From Candidatus Woesearchaeota archaeon (GTDB taxonomy: Archaea > Nanobdellota > Nanobdellia > SCGC-AAA011-G17 > VGLX01): a stretch of DNA of 59,749 nt. Each line of letters begins with the position of its first letter. Position 1 is the first letter of the stretch. This document shows positions 18,862 to 28,613 of this stretch, one piece after another. The translations under genes and the position numbers were made by a program. Under the pieces are notes generated by a model that saw nothing but the letters and a program-made list of their open reading frames with translations, was not told the DNA's origin and made no database searches. The stretch lies in contig CAYSAF010000004.1 of the NCBI GenBank assembly GCA_964428965.1, forward strand, positions 1-59,749, given 5' to 3'.

Positions 18862-19063
18862 TCTTTTTGAGATACTGGTTCCAGACTTCGTCCTCTTCAT
18901 TGTCCCACACCTCCTTTAGGCTTTGTTCGCCTAATTTAATGATGTCATCAAAATTATCATCATCCCAGTCCAGGTCTGCTGGTTCCCATTCTTTATTGAC
19001 TCTAATGCTTTCTTCTGCCATCTCTTCATAGCCTTTTTTCAGTAATTTTTTATTTACTTTCAT
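18797..19063 (-). CDS. Antitoxin-like chimeric ORF
   Basis: KKGYEEMAEES...EW and GEQSLKEVWDNEEDEVW segments resemble antitoxin C-terminal tails. Confidence 0.45.
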   Translation of the reverse strand: MKVNKKLLKKGYEEMAEESIRVNKEWEPADLDWDDDNFDDIIKLGEQSLKEVWDNEEDEVWNQYLKKNERNKRGARRPGNNEGNKRGP

Positions 19064-19389
19064 TGATATCCGAACCTCCTTTCATATTCCTTGTGGTCAA
19101 ACCATTCTAGTATTATTGTTATTAACCTTAATTCATTCTCTTCTGTTATTGTATAGATAAGTCTCCATCTCTTTGTGAGGTTATATTTCCATAGGTTTTT
19201 AACGTTATATTTTTGTATGTATTCTTTGGGAAAAAGCCTTTTTGGTATTTGTATTCCTGAGAATGCGTTAATTTTTAATTCTTTTATTGCCTTTTTCATG
19301 GCCTTCTTTACAGGATCCTCTTCACTAAGTTCATTGAAGCTTTTTTCAAGTTTTTCAGATGTAAAAACTACATTTGAAGGTTTTATCAC
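19060..19389 (-). CDS. RelE-like toxin
   Basis: NLWKYNLTKRWRLIYTI...FDHKEYERRFGY. Confidence 0.75.
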   Translation of the reverse strand: MIKPSNVVFTSEKLEKSFNELSEEDPVKKAMKKAIKELKINAFSGIQIPKRLFPKEYIQKYNVKNLWKYNLTKRWRLIYTITEENELRLITIILEWFDHKEYERRFGYQ

Positions 19390-19697
19390 AGCTTGATCTC
19401 CTTTCTCTTTCTTATCATCCTAAGAAGCTTTGGATTCCAGAGATAGGCTATCTTTCCGTATCTGTCTATCCCTATCTTGTTCACGCTTTCCAGGTAGTTT
19501 ATTACAACCCTGTAAGTCTGCCACATCACTTTTTTTGGTAGCTTTTTCCATATCTCTGTCTTGTTGCACTCTCCAGAATACTTCTCTATGGTTTTTTCTA
19601 CCATCATCACAGTTTCAAGCGTTGGCGACCTTGAGAAAGGATTTTTCTTCATGAGATTATCGTATATCAATTGATATATAAATCTATCCTTTATCAT
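19386..19697 (-). CDS. Winged-helix protein (probable antitoxin/regulator); start may be MKKNP at 19652
   Basis: SPTLETVMMVEKTI...LPKKVMWQTYRVVINYLE; coupled to the RelE-like gene. Confidence 0.6.
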   Translation of the reverse strand: MIKDRFIYQLIYDNLMKKNPFSRSPTLETVMMVEKTIEKYSGECNKTEIWKKLPKKVMWQTYRVVINYLESVNKIGIDRYGKIAYLWNPKLLRMIRKRKEIKL

Positions 19698-19805
19698 TTT
19701 GATAACCTATATTTTTACCCAATATAAACTCTTCCCAGACATTTCCGTATTTTTTCCGCTTTTTTCTCATCAACTCATATAAAACAATAAAACATCTCTG
19801 CCTTC

Positions 19806-20213
19806 ATGGCTAGATATTATCTTGATACTTGTATATGGCGTGATTATTTTGAGAATAGGAGTGATAGGTTCAGGCCTCTTGGCGAGTGGGCATTCCAGTT
19901 TTTGAGGAAAATTATTGATGATGAAGATTTGATTTTTTATTCTAATGTAGTTGAAAATGAGTTGGCAGAGTTTTATTCTGCGGAGAAGATTAGTGAAATA
20001 TTTTCTATCGTTCCCAAAGAATTGTTGATTAGGGTTAATGCCTCTTCAGAGCAGTTGCTTAGGTCGCATATTCTCTCAAAGAAATTAGGCATACCTCGTA
20101 ATGATGTCACACATTTCATCCTAGCCAGGGATAATCACGCTGTTCTTGTTTCTAGGGATGCTCATTTGGCTGTTTTGGGTAATTTAGTTAAGAAGCCTGA
20201 GGAGTTGTTATAA
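19806..20213 (+). CDS. PIN-domain (VapC-like) protein
   Basis: YYLDTCIW, ENE, DVTH and LVSRDAH acidic PIN motifs. Confidence 0.85.
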   Translation: MARYYLDTCIWRDYFENRSDRFRPLGEWAFQFLRKIIDDEDLIFYSNVVENELAEFYSAEKISEIFSIVPKELLIRVNASSEQLLRSHILSKKLGIPRNDVTHFILARDNHAVLVSRDAHLAVLGNLVKKPEELL

Positions 20214-20540
20214 ATTATTTGGTGGATACCTGGAAAGGTCTTTTCTAGATTCTCTAATCATTTCATTTTTTCTTTTTTTGCTTAAGTTGCTTTTCATAAT
20301 CGTCTTTTCAAAAGCTATTTGTCTAATTTCTTCATCGCTTAGGTTGGTTTTTCTGTGGTTTTTTCCTGCACCGAAGTATTTTTCGAGGTTTTTTAGTGCT
20401 ATCTCCTTCTGCTTTTCCAGAATTTTGCTTCTTATAGCCTCCCTGACGAATTCCGTCCTTGTGCTGTAGCCGCTGTTTTTGATTGCATTGTCAATCTCTT
20501 TCAGCAGTTTCTCATCCATCTTCAAGCAGATAGTCTCCAT
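20208..20540 (-). CDS. CopG/RHH-family regulator (VapB-like)
   Basis: METICLKMDEKLLKEID...YSTRTEFVREAIR. Confidence 0.8.
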   Translation of the reverse strand: METICLKMDEKLLKEIDNAIKNSGYSTRTEFVREAIRSKILEKQKEIALKNLEKYFGAGKNHRKTNLSDEEIRQIAFEKTIMKSNLSKKRKNEMIRESRKDLSRYPPNNL

Positions 20541-20680
20541 GGTATTACTTAGTATATACAAAGTATATATAAGCATTTTGGTGCTTTGATTCAAGGTTTT
20601 ATGTTTCTTCTGTAACTGCTTTTTCAGAAAAGTTTTTATAGGAGTAATTTAACTTTTATTGTCTAAAGAGAGGTGTTTTT

Positions 20681-21091
20681 ATGCCTACAAAGACTGTTGA
20701 GAAAACCAAAGTCATAATCAAAGAGAAGGTGCCGCAACAAAAGGCTCCTAAAAGGAAGTCTGTTAGTACGTCTTCTAGTAAGGAAGAGATCATCAATCAG
20801 CTCATGCAGAGCAACCTGGCTTTGCAGGATAAGACAGTTGACCTGCTGCACGGTATGAAGGAGCTGACAAAGAGGATTGATAACATGGTTAAGCTTTTCG
20901 AGGAGGCTGCTTCTCAGATTAAGTCAGGTACTGACGAGCCTCTCATGAAGAAGCTTGAGGAACTTCTTGATCAGAATAAGACTATTGCTAAGGGCCTCAT
21001 CTTGTTGGAGAAGTATGTTAGGGAGCGTGCTTCAGCTTCTATTCCTGGTTTTTCTCCGAGAAGCGGAGTTCTGCCTCCTGAGCTGTTTTGA
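20681..21091 (+). CDS. Hypothetical coiled-coil protein
   Basis: 136-aa ORF with RBS GAGGTG. Confidence 0.7.
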   Translation: MPTKTVEKTKVIIKEKVPQQKAPKRKSVSTSSSKEEIINQLMQSNLALQDKTVDLLHGMKELTKRIDNMVKLFEEAASQIKSGTDEPLMKKLEELLDQNKTIAKGLILLEKYVRERASASIPGFSPRSGVLPPELF

Positions 21092-22131
21092 AAATGGACA
21101 TCAAGTTCATCAGGGATGATACAGAGGAGAGGGCTATTAAAGAGCTTAACGAGATTCTCGAGGTGCTTTCCTCTGAGACGCAGTCTAGGAAAGTTTACGC
21201 TGCTAAGAGGTTTCTTCTTGCTATGTTCGCGGCTAGCAGGCCCCCTGCTGAGCAACCTACCCTTGTTCAGGAGGCTCCTTACATGAAATCTGCTATTTCA
21301 AGGGGTCTCTCAATCCCTATAAGGATTAAGGAGAGGCCTGCTGTTAAGGTTCCTACCCCTCCAATGTCTCAGTTGAGAGCCCAGCAACTTGCTCGTCAGA
21401 AGAAGATCCCTGTTGCTAAGCCGGAGGCTCCTCTGCCTACCCCAAGGCCTTCTGAGGTTAGGAGGGTTGAGAAAAAGTTTGGGATAATTCCCTCACCCTC
21501 AAAGGAAGAGTTCCTGGAATTTGAGGACCCCTTCCCCGAGTTGGAGAGGAGCTACCCTTTGACCATCTTGAAAGATACCAACGGTGTTGCCATAGTTAGG
21601 AATTCCCTTGGTATGTCAGGCGAAGGTGTGGTTTACAACATTTCTGAGCCGAGCGTTGATGCTAACGCTTTGGGTTTTGCTAAGGATTTGATTGCTAAGG
21701 ATGTAAGGAAGAAGCCCCAGTATCTTGATGATGATAGGTACATGAAAAAGAACATTGAAAAGGCTTTGAAGAAGGCCAAGCTTAACTACTCTGACGATTA
21801 TGCTGACAGGTTGAAGTACTTTTTGAGAAGGGACCTTGTTGGTTTTGGCAAGGTTGATGCCTTCTTGCAGGACCCTAACGTCAGGTCTGTTGTTTGTGGC
21901 GGTGTTGATAAGCCCGTTCGTGTTTTGTTCAACAACGGCTTGGAAGTCAAGAGCGACGTTGTTTTTTCTAATGCTGCTGAGCTGGATTCTTTTGTTAAGT
22001 ATCTCTCTACCAAGTTTCCCTGCAATCCTGTTTCAGGCCCTAATTTCGAGGGCATTTTTAATAACTGGAAGATAGAAGGTATTTTGGGTTTTGGCAACAT
22101 AAGCTCCAAGTTTGTGATAAGACGACCATAA
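21088..22131 (+). CDS. Protein resembling the N-terminal domain of type II/IV secretion ATPases, lacking the ATPase domain
   Basis: YFLRRDLVGFGKVDAFLQDPNV...KPVRV...FVIRR, then stop; no Walker A; Pro-rich linker. Confidence 0.65.
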   Translation: MKMDIKFIRDDTEERAIKELNEILEVLSSETQSRKVYAAKRFLLAMFAASRPPAEQPTLVQEAPYMKSAISRGLSIPIRIKERPAVKVPTPPMSQLRAQQLARQKKIPVAKPEAPLPTPRPSEVRRVEKKFGIIPSPSKEEFLEFEDPFPELERSYPLTILKDTNGVAIVRNSLGMSGEGVVYNISEPSVDANALGFAKDLIAKDVRKKPQYLDDDRYMKKNIEKALKKAKLNYSDDYADRLKYFLRRDLVGFGKVDAFLQDPNVRSVVCGGVDKPVRVLFNNGLEVKSDVVFSNAAELDSFVKYLSTKFPCNPVSGPNFEGIFNNWKIEGILGFGNISSKFVIRRP

Positions 22132-22166
22132 TGTTTATATAGCATATTTTTTTAATTCTGCCTTAT

Positions 22167-22238
22167 GCGCTGATAGTTCAGTGGCTAGAATCCAGCCTTG
22201 CCAAGGCTGTGACCGGGGTTCAAATCCCCGTCAGCGCA
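22167..22238 (+). tRNA. tRNA-Gly(GCC), no intron
   Basis: GCGCTGA/TCAGCGC acceptor stem, CAGCC-TTGCCAA-GGCTG, CGGGG-TTCAAAT-CCCCG. Confidence 0.95.
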
Positions 22239-23055
22239 GCGCATTTATTATTCTCTAGTTTTATTTTTGAGATGCTGTTATTCTTGATACACTTTTTACA
22301 TCTGATTTTAACAATTCATCTAATACCATCTTTGTTTTCTTTTCTTCCATGTTTGCTTTAACAGCCTCTTCTATTCTTGGCAAAATTTCTCTAAACCTAG
22401 TAATCATTGAATATGTTTTATCTTGGTTGCTTAAGTCATACCAATCCAAAGTTCTAATGGAAATCCTAAACCATCTCTGTTGCTCTGGTGTAAACTTCTC
22501 GTAAACTTCAGCTGTTGCACAAAAGAAATCTTGGCATTTTTTTGCAGACTTATAGAATCCATAATCTCTTAAATCTATTCCTTTGTTCATTTCAGGGTGA
22601 GCTAAACAACCCACTTTAGTCTCTTCATTGTCTAAAAAACCTAAATAATGACATTTCTTTTCCAGAGTTTGCTCCAGTGTATCAACTGATAACAGTTCTT
22701 CTTTTGTTGCTATTTGTGTCTCATAATCTTTGATTTTAGATTTACCCGCTAAATGTGTGTTATACACTTCTCTTCGGAAATGGAATAATTGTACCAAATC
22801 TTCTTTTTTATCATCAGGGATTTCAATACAGCAACATCCCCCACAGGATTTGTCTTCCATAAAACATAAGCTTTCCATTTTATTCACTTTTCCTTAGCGT
22901 GTTTTTTAGAACACTTCTATTTTTTTGGGGTAGTTGGGTGGTTTATAAGTATTTCTGTGTTAATTAGTTAGTTCATATACCCCGCAGCTTGCTGCGATTG
23001 GGAGCTTCACAACCACAGAATTGAACATTTATGTGCATTTCCCCGTCAGCGCAGC
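22225..23055 (+). repeat. 16-bp perfect direct repeat of the tRNA-Gly 3' end (att-like), bounding an ~815-bp islet
   Basis: TCCCCGTCAGCGCAGC at 22225-22240 and 23040-23055. Confidence 0.8.
22261..22887 (-). CDS. Hypothetical Cys-cluster protein (islet cargo)
   Basis: SCGGCCC and CHYLG...GCLAHP...CQDFFC; AT-rich. Confidence 0.65.
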   Translation of the reverse strand: MNKMESLCFMEDKSCGGCCCIEIPDDKKEDLVQLFHFRREVYNTHLAGKSKIKDYETQIATKEELLSVDTLEQTLEKKCHYLGFLDNEETKVGCLAHPEMNKGIDLRDYGFYKSAKKCQDFFCATAEVYEKFTPEQQRWFRISIRTLDWYDLSNQDKTYSMITRFREILPRIEEAVKANMEEKKTKMVLDELLKSDVKSVSRITASQK

Positions 23056-23109
23056 TTTTTAATCTAATATAGAAATCCAATGATACTGCTTATACCAAAT
23101 ATTTCTTGT

Positions 23110-23301
23110 TTATGCTTTTTTCACATGAACTGCTTTTGGGCCTTTGTCCCCTTGTTCTACATCGAATTCGACTGCGTCGTTTTCATTTAGGATTATGCCT
23201 TCGACTATTCCTGACTTATGCACAAAATATTCTTTTCCGTCTTCTCCGGCAATAAATCCGAATCCTTTCATTTGATTGAAAAATTTTACTGTTCCTTTCA
23301 T
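23110..23301 (-). CDS. cspA: Cold-shock protein
   Basis: GTVKFFNQMKGFGFI (RNP1) and YFVHKS (RNP2). Confidence 0.95.
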   Translation of the reverse strand: MKGTVKFFNQMKGFGFIAGEDGKEYFVHKSGIVEGIILNENDAVEFDVEQGDKGPKAVHVKKA

Positions 23302-23408
23302 TTTTTACCTCGTGTTATAAAACTTTGTTGTTTAGAACACATATTACTAATTTATGTTATCAAACCAATTTATAAAACTTACTAAAAGGGGTTTTTACTC
23401 TTTTCTTT

Positions 23409-23774
23409 CTAAATCTTTTTTTTAAAATAGTTTACAGTGGATTCAAGGAGGGCCGGTCTGAGTATTGAAGGGCTTTTGAATTTTAGTTTTCCTCCGGTAA
23501 TATAGGCAATGTAATCACACATTTCTTTTTTGTAAGAGTACAGTGATGTGTTCCCAATCGAAGATTTTTCAAGGGTTATAGGTGGGCAGCGAGGTCTTTT
23601 CTTTCCTTTTTTAATCATTAACGAGTTAGTTAAGAGGTAGTAGAATCCCCTAAGTTCTTCGATGCGTAAACCTTCCAGTATTTGTGAAGAAAAGGGGAGT
23701 TCTGGCCTTGTATATGGTTCTAAAATTTTCAATACCTTATCTTCCAGTTCTTGTCTTTCCATGTGTTTTTTCAA
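23409..23774 (-). CDS. Hypothetical protein
   Basis: 121-aa ORF on the strand of flanking genes. Confidence 0.5.
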   Translation of the reverse strand: MKKHMERQELEDKVLKILEPYTRPELPFSSQILEGLRIEELRGFYYLLTNSLMIKKGKKRPRCPPITLEKSSIGNTSLYSYKKEMCDYIAYITGGKLKFKSPSILRPALLESTVNYFKKKI

Positions 23775-23809
23775 TAATCATGATTTTAAAATGTTTTTGG
23801 TATTTACAG

Positions 23810-24898
23810 CTATTCCAGATCGCTTCTCCTCGGCATCTTCAGCTCTTTGCCGTCAATTGTTATGATGGGATTCTTGAATACCTGGTCTAAATGTAATGAA
23901 GAGAATATATGTCCTCCGAACCAGTAATTCCCCCCTATCCCTATGTGTGCTGTGCCGTAAGCCTTCTCATCCACAATTGTTGCCCCTATTATTCTTGCTT
24001 TTGGGTTTATTCCTATCCCCAGCTCTCCTATCATGCTTGCGCTGCTTGGCTGTTTTACCTTGTTTTTTATCCAGTCGATAGAATTTTGTAATGTTTTTGC
24101 TTCTTCTCCTCCTTCTATCTTTGTTATCATCCCCCTGTTTATTGTTATCTTTACAGGTCTCTGTATTATCGTTGTTCCTTGTTTGTGTCTGGAACTTCCA
24201 TCAATAACCAGCTGTCCGTCAACTCCGTTTCTGGTCGGTGCTATGTACACCTCCCCTGCCGGTATGTTACCTCCGCTTCCTTTTTCTTTTACGTAACCCG
24301 TATTTGATAGTGCTCGGTGCCCCTGAACGTCTATCCTTAGGTTTGTTCCGCTCAACGTTATTATCCTTATTTCCCTGGCCCAGTCCAGTTCTTGTTTTAT
24401 TTTTTCTCCTAGCCTTGCTATTTTTTTGTAGTTTATGTTTATCGATTCTGCTAGTGAGTATGTTTGTTCTGTTCTCAGCCCTATCATTCCCGTTGTTGCC
24501 ACATATTTGTGTTTCCTCTTTTTTATGAACTCCCTCATGTTGCCCAAATCTCCTAACTTTCCAAGCCTGTTTGACAGCGCTATTATTATCGCATTTTCCT
24601 TTTTCAGTTTTTCAAGCAGGTATTTTACTGTGTTGTCCGCATTCATGCTTCTGTCCTTTACCCCTTGCATCACGACTGCGGAATTTAGGCCGAGGCTTTG
24701 CGTTGCCGTCAGATAACCCTGAGTTAGTATCGGAGCGCAAAGGTTGCCTGGCTGTCCGTAGTCTCCTATTATCAGTATGCCCTCTTTTCTTATGTTGAGT
24801 GAATTTGTTATGACGTTTTTGAGGTGGGTCACCTGTGTCCTTGCTATGCTTGTCAGGTTCTTCTCCCTCATCCACCTCGTCAGTTCGTCAGAATGCAT
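23810..24898 (-). CDS. Aminopeptidase, M29/thermophilic metalloprotease family
   Basis: NIPAGEVYIAP, IGELGIG, DEKAYGTAHIGIG, HLD. Confidence 0.88.
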   Translation of the reverse strand: MHSDELTRWMREKNLTSIARTQVTHLKNVITNSLNIRKEGILIIGDYGQPGNLCAPILTQGYLTATQSLGLNSAVVMQGVKDRSMNADNTVKYLLEKLKKENAIIIALSNRLGKLGDLGNMREFIKKRKHKYVATTGMIGLRTEQTYSLAESININYKKIARLGEKIKQELDWAREIRIITLSGTNLRIDVQGHRALSNTGYVKEKGSGGNIPAGEVYIAPTRNGVDGQLVIDGSSRHKQGTTIIQRPVKITINRGMITKIEGGEEAKTLQNSIDWIKNKVKQPSSASMIGELGIGINPKARIIGATIVDEKAYGTAHIGIGGNYWFGGHIFSSLHLDQVFKNPIITIDGKELKMPRRSDLE

Positions 24899-24951
24899 TG
24901 ATTAATTCTTTGATGTAAACATATTTAAATATTGTTTTGCACCCTTTTTTC

Positions 24952-25836
24952 ATGGAGTGGAAGAAGAATTTTCTCGAGAGGTACGGAAAGCTCACAGATA
25001 TGGACAAGTTCATTGAGTTTAGCGAGAAGCCCTTGAGGAAATCGATACGTGTTAACACAATCAAGACCTCTGTTAGGGAAATGAGGAAGTGTTTTGATTT
25101 AAAACCAGTTCCTTGGTGCAGGGAGGGTTTTTTTGTTGAGGGCAGGGCTATTGGCAACACTCTTGAGCATTTTCTTGGTTACGTTTATTTGCAGGAGGCT
25201 GCTTCTATGATCCCTCCTGTTGTTCTTAATCCTTCTTCCGAAGATTTGGTTCTTGACATGTGTGCCTCTCCGGGTTCTAAGACAACTCAGCTTGCTGCTA
25301 TGATGAAGAACAAGGGTTTGATCGTCGCTAACGATAATGAGGTTTCTAGGTTGAAGCCCTTGAGTATGAACCTGCAGCGTTGCGGTGTTGCTAACGCTGT
25401 GATAACCTTGATGGAAGGCAGGTGGTTTAAGACCGAGTTTGATAATATCCTTGTTGACGCTCCCTGCTCAGGTACCGGAGCTATTAGGAAATCGCCGAAA
25501 ACTGTTGGCTGGTGGAATCCTAATTTTGTTAGGCAGATGGCCGGAATCCAGAAACAGCTCCTAGACACAGCTTTCAAAATACTTAAGCCTGGCGGCATAG
25601 TTGTTTATTCTACCTGCACCCTGGAGCCCGAGGAGGATGAGGGTGTTGTTGATGCTTTGTTGGGTAGGCATGATGATGCTAAGTTGCAGAAAATAAGCCT
25701 TGACATAAAGTCAAGCCCGCCTATTTTGGAGTTCGGGGGCAAGGTTTACAATCCTGAGATTAAAAAGTGTTTAAGACTCTGGCCTCAGGATAACGATACT
25801 GAAGGATTCTTTGTTGCCAAGATTAAGAAGTTGTGA
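24952..25836 (+). CDS. RsmB/NOP2-family RNA m5C methyltransferase
   Basis: YLQEAASM, DMCASPGSKT, DAPCSGTG, YSTCTL, GFFVAK. Confidence 0.95.
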   Translation: MEWKKNFLERYGKLTDMDKFIEFSEKPLRKSIRVNTIKTSVREMRKCFDLKPVPWCREGFFVEGRAIGNTLEHFLGYVYLQEAASMIPPVVLNPSSEDLVLDMCASPGSKTTQLAAMMKNKGLIVANDNEVSRLKPLSMNLQRCGVANAVITLMEGRWFKTEFDNILVDAPCSGTGAIRKSPKTVGWWNPNFVRQMAGIQKQLLDTAFKILKPGGIVVYSTCTLEPEEDEGVVDALLGRHDDAKLQKISLDIKSSPPILEFGGKVYNPEIKKCLRLWPQDNDTEGFFVAKIKKL

Positions 25837-25878
25837 TTTACCAAAAACTTTATATTGTGCTGTAATTTTTTATTTTTC

Positions 25879-27096
25879 ATGGATAGGGTTTTGGGTAAAG
25901 TTCTTGAAAAAATAAAGCCGACTAAGGAAGAGGAGTTGTTCGTCAAGAAGCTTGCTGATGATATAATCGGCAAGATTAGGGTTAAGAATGCTAAGGTCGT
26001 TCTAGGCGGCTCTGGTGCCAAGGGTACCTGGATGAAGGGAACTCATGACATCGATATTTATGTTAAGTTTGACTTTAAGAAGTACAGAGATAAAGACATC
26101 TCTAAGATCCTGGCCAAGGAGTTGTGGAAGAAGTTCTCAAGGGTTGTTTCTCTTCACGGTTCCCGTGATTATTTCAGGGTTTTCAAGGAGGAGTTTACTT
26201 TTGAGATCGTTCCGATTCTTGATATTAAGAAGGCTTCTGAGGCTGTTAACATTACAGACATAAGCCCTTTGCATACTTTGTGGCTCAGGAAGTATGCTAA
26301 GCTTACCGATGATATAAGGCTTGCTAAGGCTTTTTGTCGTGCGCAGTCTTGTTACGGTGCTGAGTCCTACATTCGAGGTTTTTCTGGTTATGTTTTGGAG
26401 ATTCTGGTTGTTAGGTACGGCTCTTTTGAGAGATTCGTAAAGGCTGTTGCTAACTGGAAGGATAAAGAATACATAGATGTTATGAAGCATGGTGTTGAGC
26501 TTAACAGGGCAAAAACCCAGTCCCCTCTTATTTTGATAGATCCTGTTCAGCCTGATAGGAATGCTGCAGCAGCCTTGAGCAGGGAGCAGTACGTTAAGCT
26601 TATTGCTGCTGCTAAGAAATTCTTGAAGAATCCTTCTGAGGAGTTTTTTGTCAGGAGAGAGTTGACCGTAGACGATTTGAGGGAGAAGGCTAAGGGCAAG
26701 ACACTGGTTCTTTTTGAGGTTGTCCCTCTTGCTGGTAAGGAAGACGTGGTCGGTGCTAAATTGCTTAAGGCTTTCACCTATATCAGGAGCTCATTCTTGA
26801 AGGAAGGTTTCACTGTTTACGATGCTTCATGGTCTTGGAATAAGAAGGCCTTGTTTTATTTCATAGTCAATTCTGGTTTGTTGCCTGAGTTTAAGGTTCA
26901 TATCGGACCTAAAGCCTCTCAGCAGAGGCACGCTTCTAGGTTTAGGGAGAAGAACAGGAGGTATGCTGTTTTTGAAGATAGGGGCAGGTTGTGTGCTAAG
27001 ATTCCCCGCAAGTTTCGTGACGCTTCTTCTTTTTCTGGGAATCTGGTTAAGGATAGTAATCTTAAGCAGTGGGTTAAGTCGTTGAGTTTATTTTAG
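25879..27096 (+). CDS. cca: Archaeal CCA-adding enzyme
   Basis: GSGAKGT...DIDIYV, GAESYIRGFSGY, LIDPVQPDRNAAAA. Confidence 0.93.
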   Translation: MDRVLGKVLEKIKPTKEEELFVKKLADDIIGKIRVKNAKVVLGGSGAKGTWMKGTHDIDIYVKFDFKKYRDKDISKILAKELWKKFSRVVSLHGSRDYFRVFKEEFTFEIVPILDIKKASEAVNITDISPLHTLWLRKYAKLTDDIRLAKAFCRAQSCYGAESYIRGFSGYVLEILVVRYGSFERFVKAVANWKDKEYIDVMKHGVELNRAKTQSPLILIDPVQPDRNAAAALSREQYVKLIAAAKKFLKNPSEEFFVRRELTVDDLREKAKGKTLVLFEVVPLAGKEDVVGAKLLKAFTYIRSSFLKEGFTVYDASWSWNKKALFYFIVNSGLLPEFKVHIGPKASQQRHASRFREKNRRYAVFEDRGRLCAKIPRKFRDASSFSGNLVKDSNLKQWVKSLSLF

Positions 27097-27633
27097 CGTT
27101 ATTACCTTGTCGCAGAACTGCCCTAACTTGTGTAGTAATTTTTCATCCGATTTCTCGTCTATTGCTAAGAGCACGCAGCTCATGTCGTGCATCCTTAGTT
27201 TTCCTGTTAGGAAGTGTGTGAATTTTATTACTGATTCTTGGTTGTTGTAGACAGTTAGCGTGTCCAAAGAGTCAAGTATCAGGAACTGGTGTACCTCATC
27301 TTTTATTATTGGTTCTAGTGCTATCCCTATTTCTGTGAGGTCTGCTGGGGAATCGACAAAGTAGCAGTTTTTTGCTATAACCTCTTTTTCTCTCAGGTAG
27401 TCTGTTATGCAGTCTACGAAGAAGAGGTTTCTGTCGTTTATGTTTTTTGATTTTAGTATTTTTGCCATGCTCTGGTATGGCCTGTTCACCGTTATGTAGC
27501 CACCTCCCTTGTACTTGTCTGTTAGTATGCTGAGAATTTCGATGCTTGTTTCCTGCATTTTTTCTGCTGGCACGATGACCAGTGCTATGAATTTTTCCGA
27601 CAAGCCTTTTAATTCTTCTTCAAGGTCTTTCAT
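27088..27633 (-). CDS. Inactive RecA/KaiC-like domain protein
   Basis: YITVNRP, FFVDC, LILDSL, FTHFL; no Walker A; paralog of 29038..29610. Confidence 0.65.
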   Translation of the reverse strand: MKDLEEELKGLSEKFIALVIVPAEKMQETSIEILSILTDKYKGGGYITVNRPYQSMAKILKSKNINDRNLFFVDCITDYLREKEVIAKNCYFVDSPADLTEIGIALEPIIKDEVHQFLILDSLDTLTVYNNQESVIKFTHFLTGKLRMHDMSCVLLAIDEKSDEKLLHKLGQFCDKVITLK

Positions 27634-28613
27634 GTGTTTTCAGGGCATTCCTGAGGATTTAAATCTTGCTTTTTGTCTTTCTTTTTGAAGAGGTGTTGGC
27701 TCATCAATGCAAGTGTTAGAATTGTTAGTACGGCCACTAATACCCCCATGTAAATTCCCTTTTTTGATTCCTTTCCGCATAGGTTTTTTGTGCAGATATT
27801 TTCCTTGCACTCATAGTCGTTGTTGCAGCTAACCTTATCTGCTTTTTGTTGTTTCATTCCCCCTTCTGTGCAGTAAACCTCTTCTGTTCTTTCTGTTATG
27901 TTGTAGCATTTTCCTTTGTAATCACAGCCGGCAGTTGCTTGATGGGTGCAGTTTCCTTCCTCGCACTTGTCTGTTGTGCAGGCATTTTTGTCGTCGCAGT
28001 CTGAGTTGTTTTGGCATTCCCCTTCGGGTTTTTCTGTTTCTGCAATTTTGCAGTCTTTGTCATTTTCATTTTTACAACCCTCTGGGCAGCAACCGTCATC
28101 ATTCTTGCATTCCGTAACATTTGTAGTTTCGCATTTCTTTTCTGAGCTGCACTTGTTTATGGTGCAGTTGTCATCATCCTCGCACTCTTTGTCTTCCTGG
28201 CACTCTGCTGTCCTGCATACGTTGCTTATGCACGTGCCTGTTGTACAGCCGCAGTCTGTGCAGCAGCTTTCGTTGCTTTCTGAAACGTTTGCGTTGCAAA
28301 TGTCGTCTCCGCATTTGATGTCTACGGTTATTTCCATGCTGATCTCTACAAACGTTTCGTCTATGTATGTGTAATTAGCTATTCTTAACTTCATCCCGTT
28401 GACTTCTTTTACATAATCTCCTAATCCTATCACGTCTTTTTTTCCGTCGACTTCTACCTTTACTGTTCCGTCATATGTTGCGTCCAGGATCGTTACCGTT
28501 TTTCCGTTTACTGTTTCTTTTGACCCTATGTTTAGTTTTTCTGCTGTTTTCGTCTCTGCGTATATGTATGAAGAAAGTAGAATGATAAGTACTGCTATGA
28601 GATATTTCCTCAT
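27630..28613 (-). CDS. Secreted Cys-rich surface protein with C-terminal membrane anchor
   Basis: Signal peptide, repeated C-x-D-x-C-D-D-x-x-x-C-T modules, C-terminal TM followed by a basic tail. Confidence 0.8.
   Translation of the reverse strand: MRKYLIAVLIILLSSYIYAETKTAEKLNIGSKETVNGKTVTILDATYDGTVKVEVDGKKDVIGLGDYVKEVNGMKLRIANYTYIDETFVEISMEITVDIKCGDDICNANVSESNESCCTDCGCTTGTCISNVCRTAECQEDKECEDDDNCTINKCSSEKKCETTNVTECKNDDGCCPEGCKNENDKDCKIAETEKPEGECQNNSDCDDKNACTTDKCEEGNCTHQATAGCDYKGKCYNITERTEEVYCTEGGMKQQKADKVSCNNDYECKENICTKNLCGKESKKGIYMGVLVAVLTILTLALMSQHLFKKKDKKQDLNPQECPENT

Noticed and set aside
27780-28320. Cys-rich repeats as a DNA tandem repeat or array
   Set aside because: The repetition is at the protein level within one CDS; no regular nucleotide repeat-spacer period was seen.
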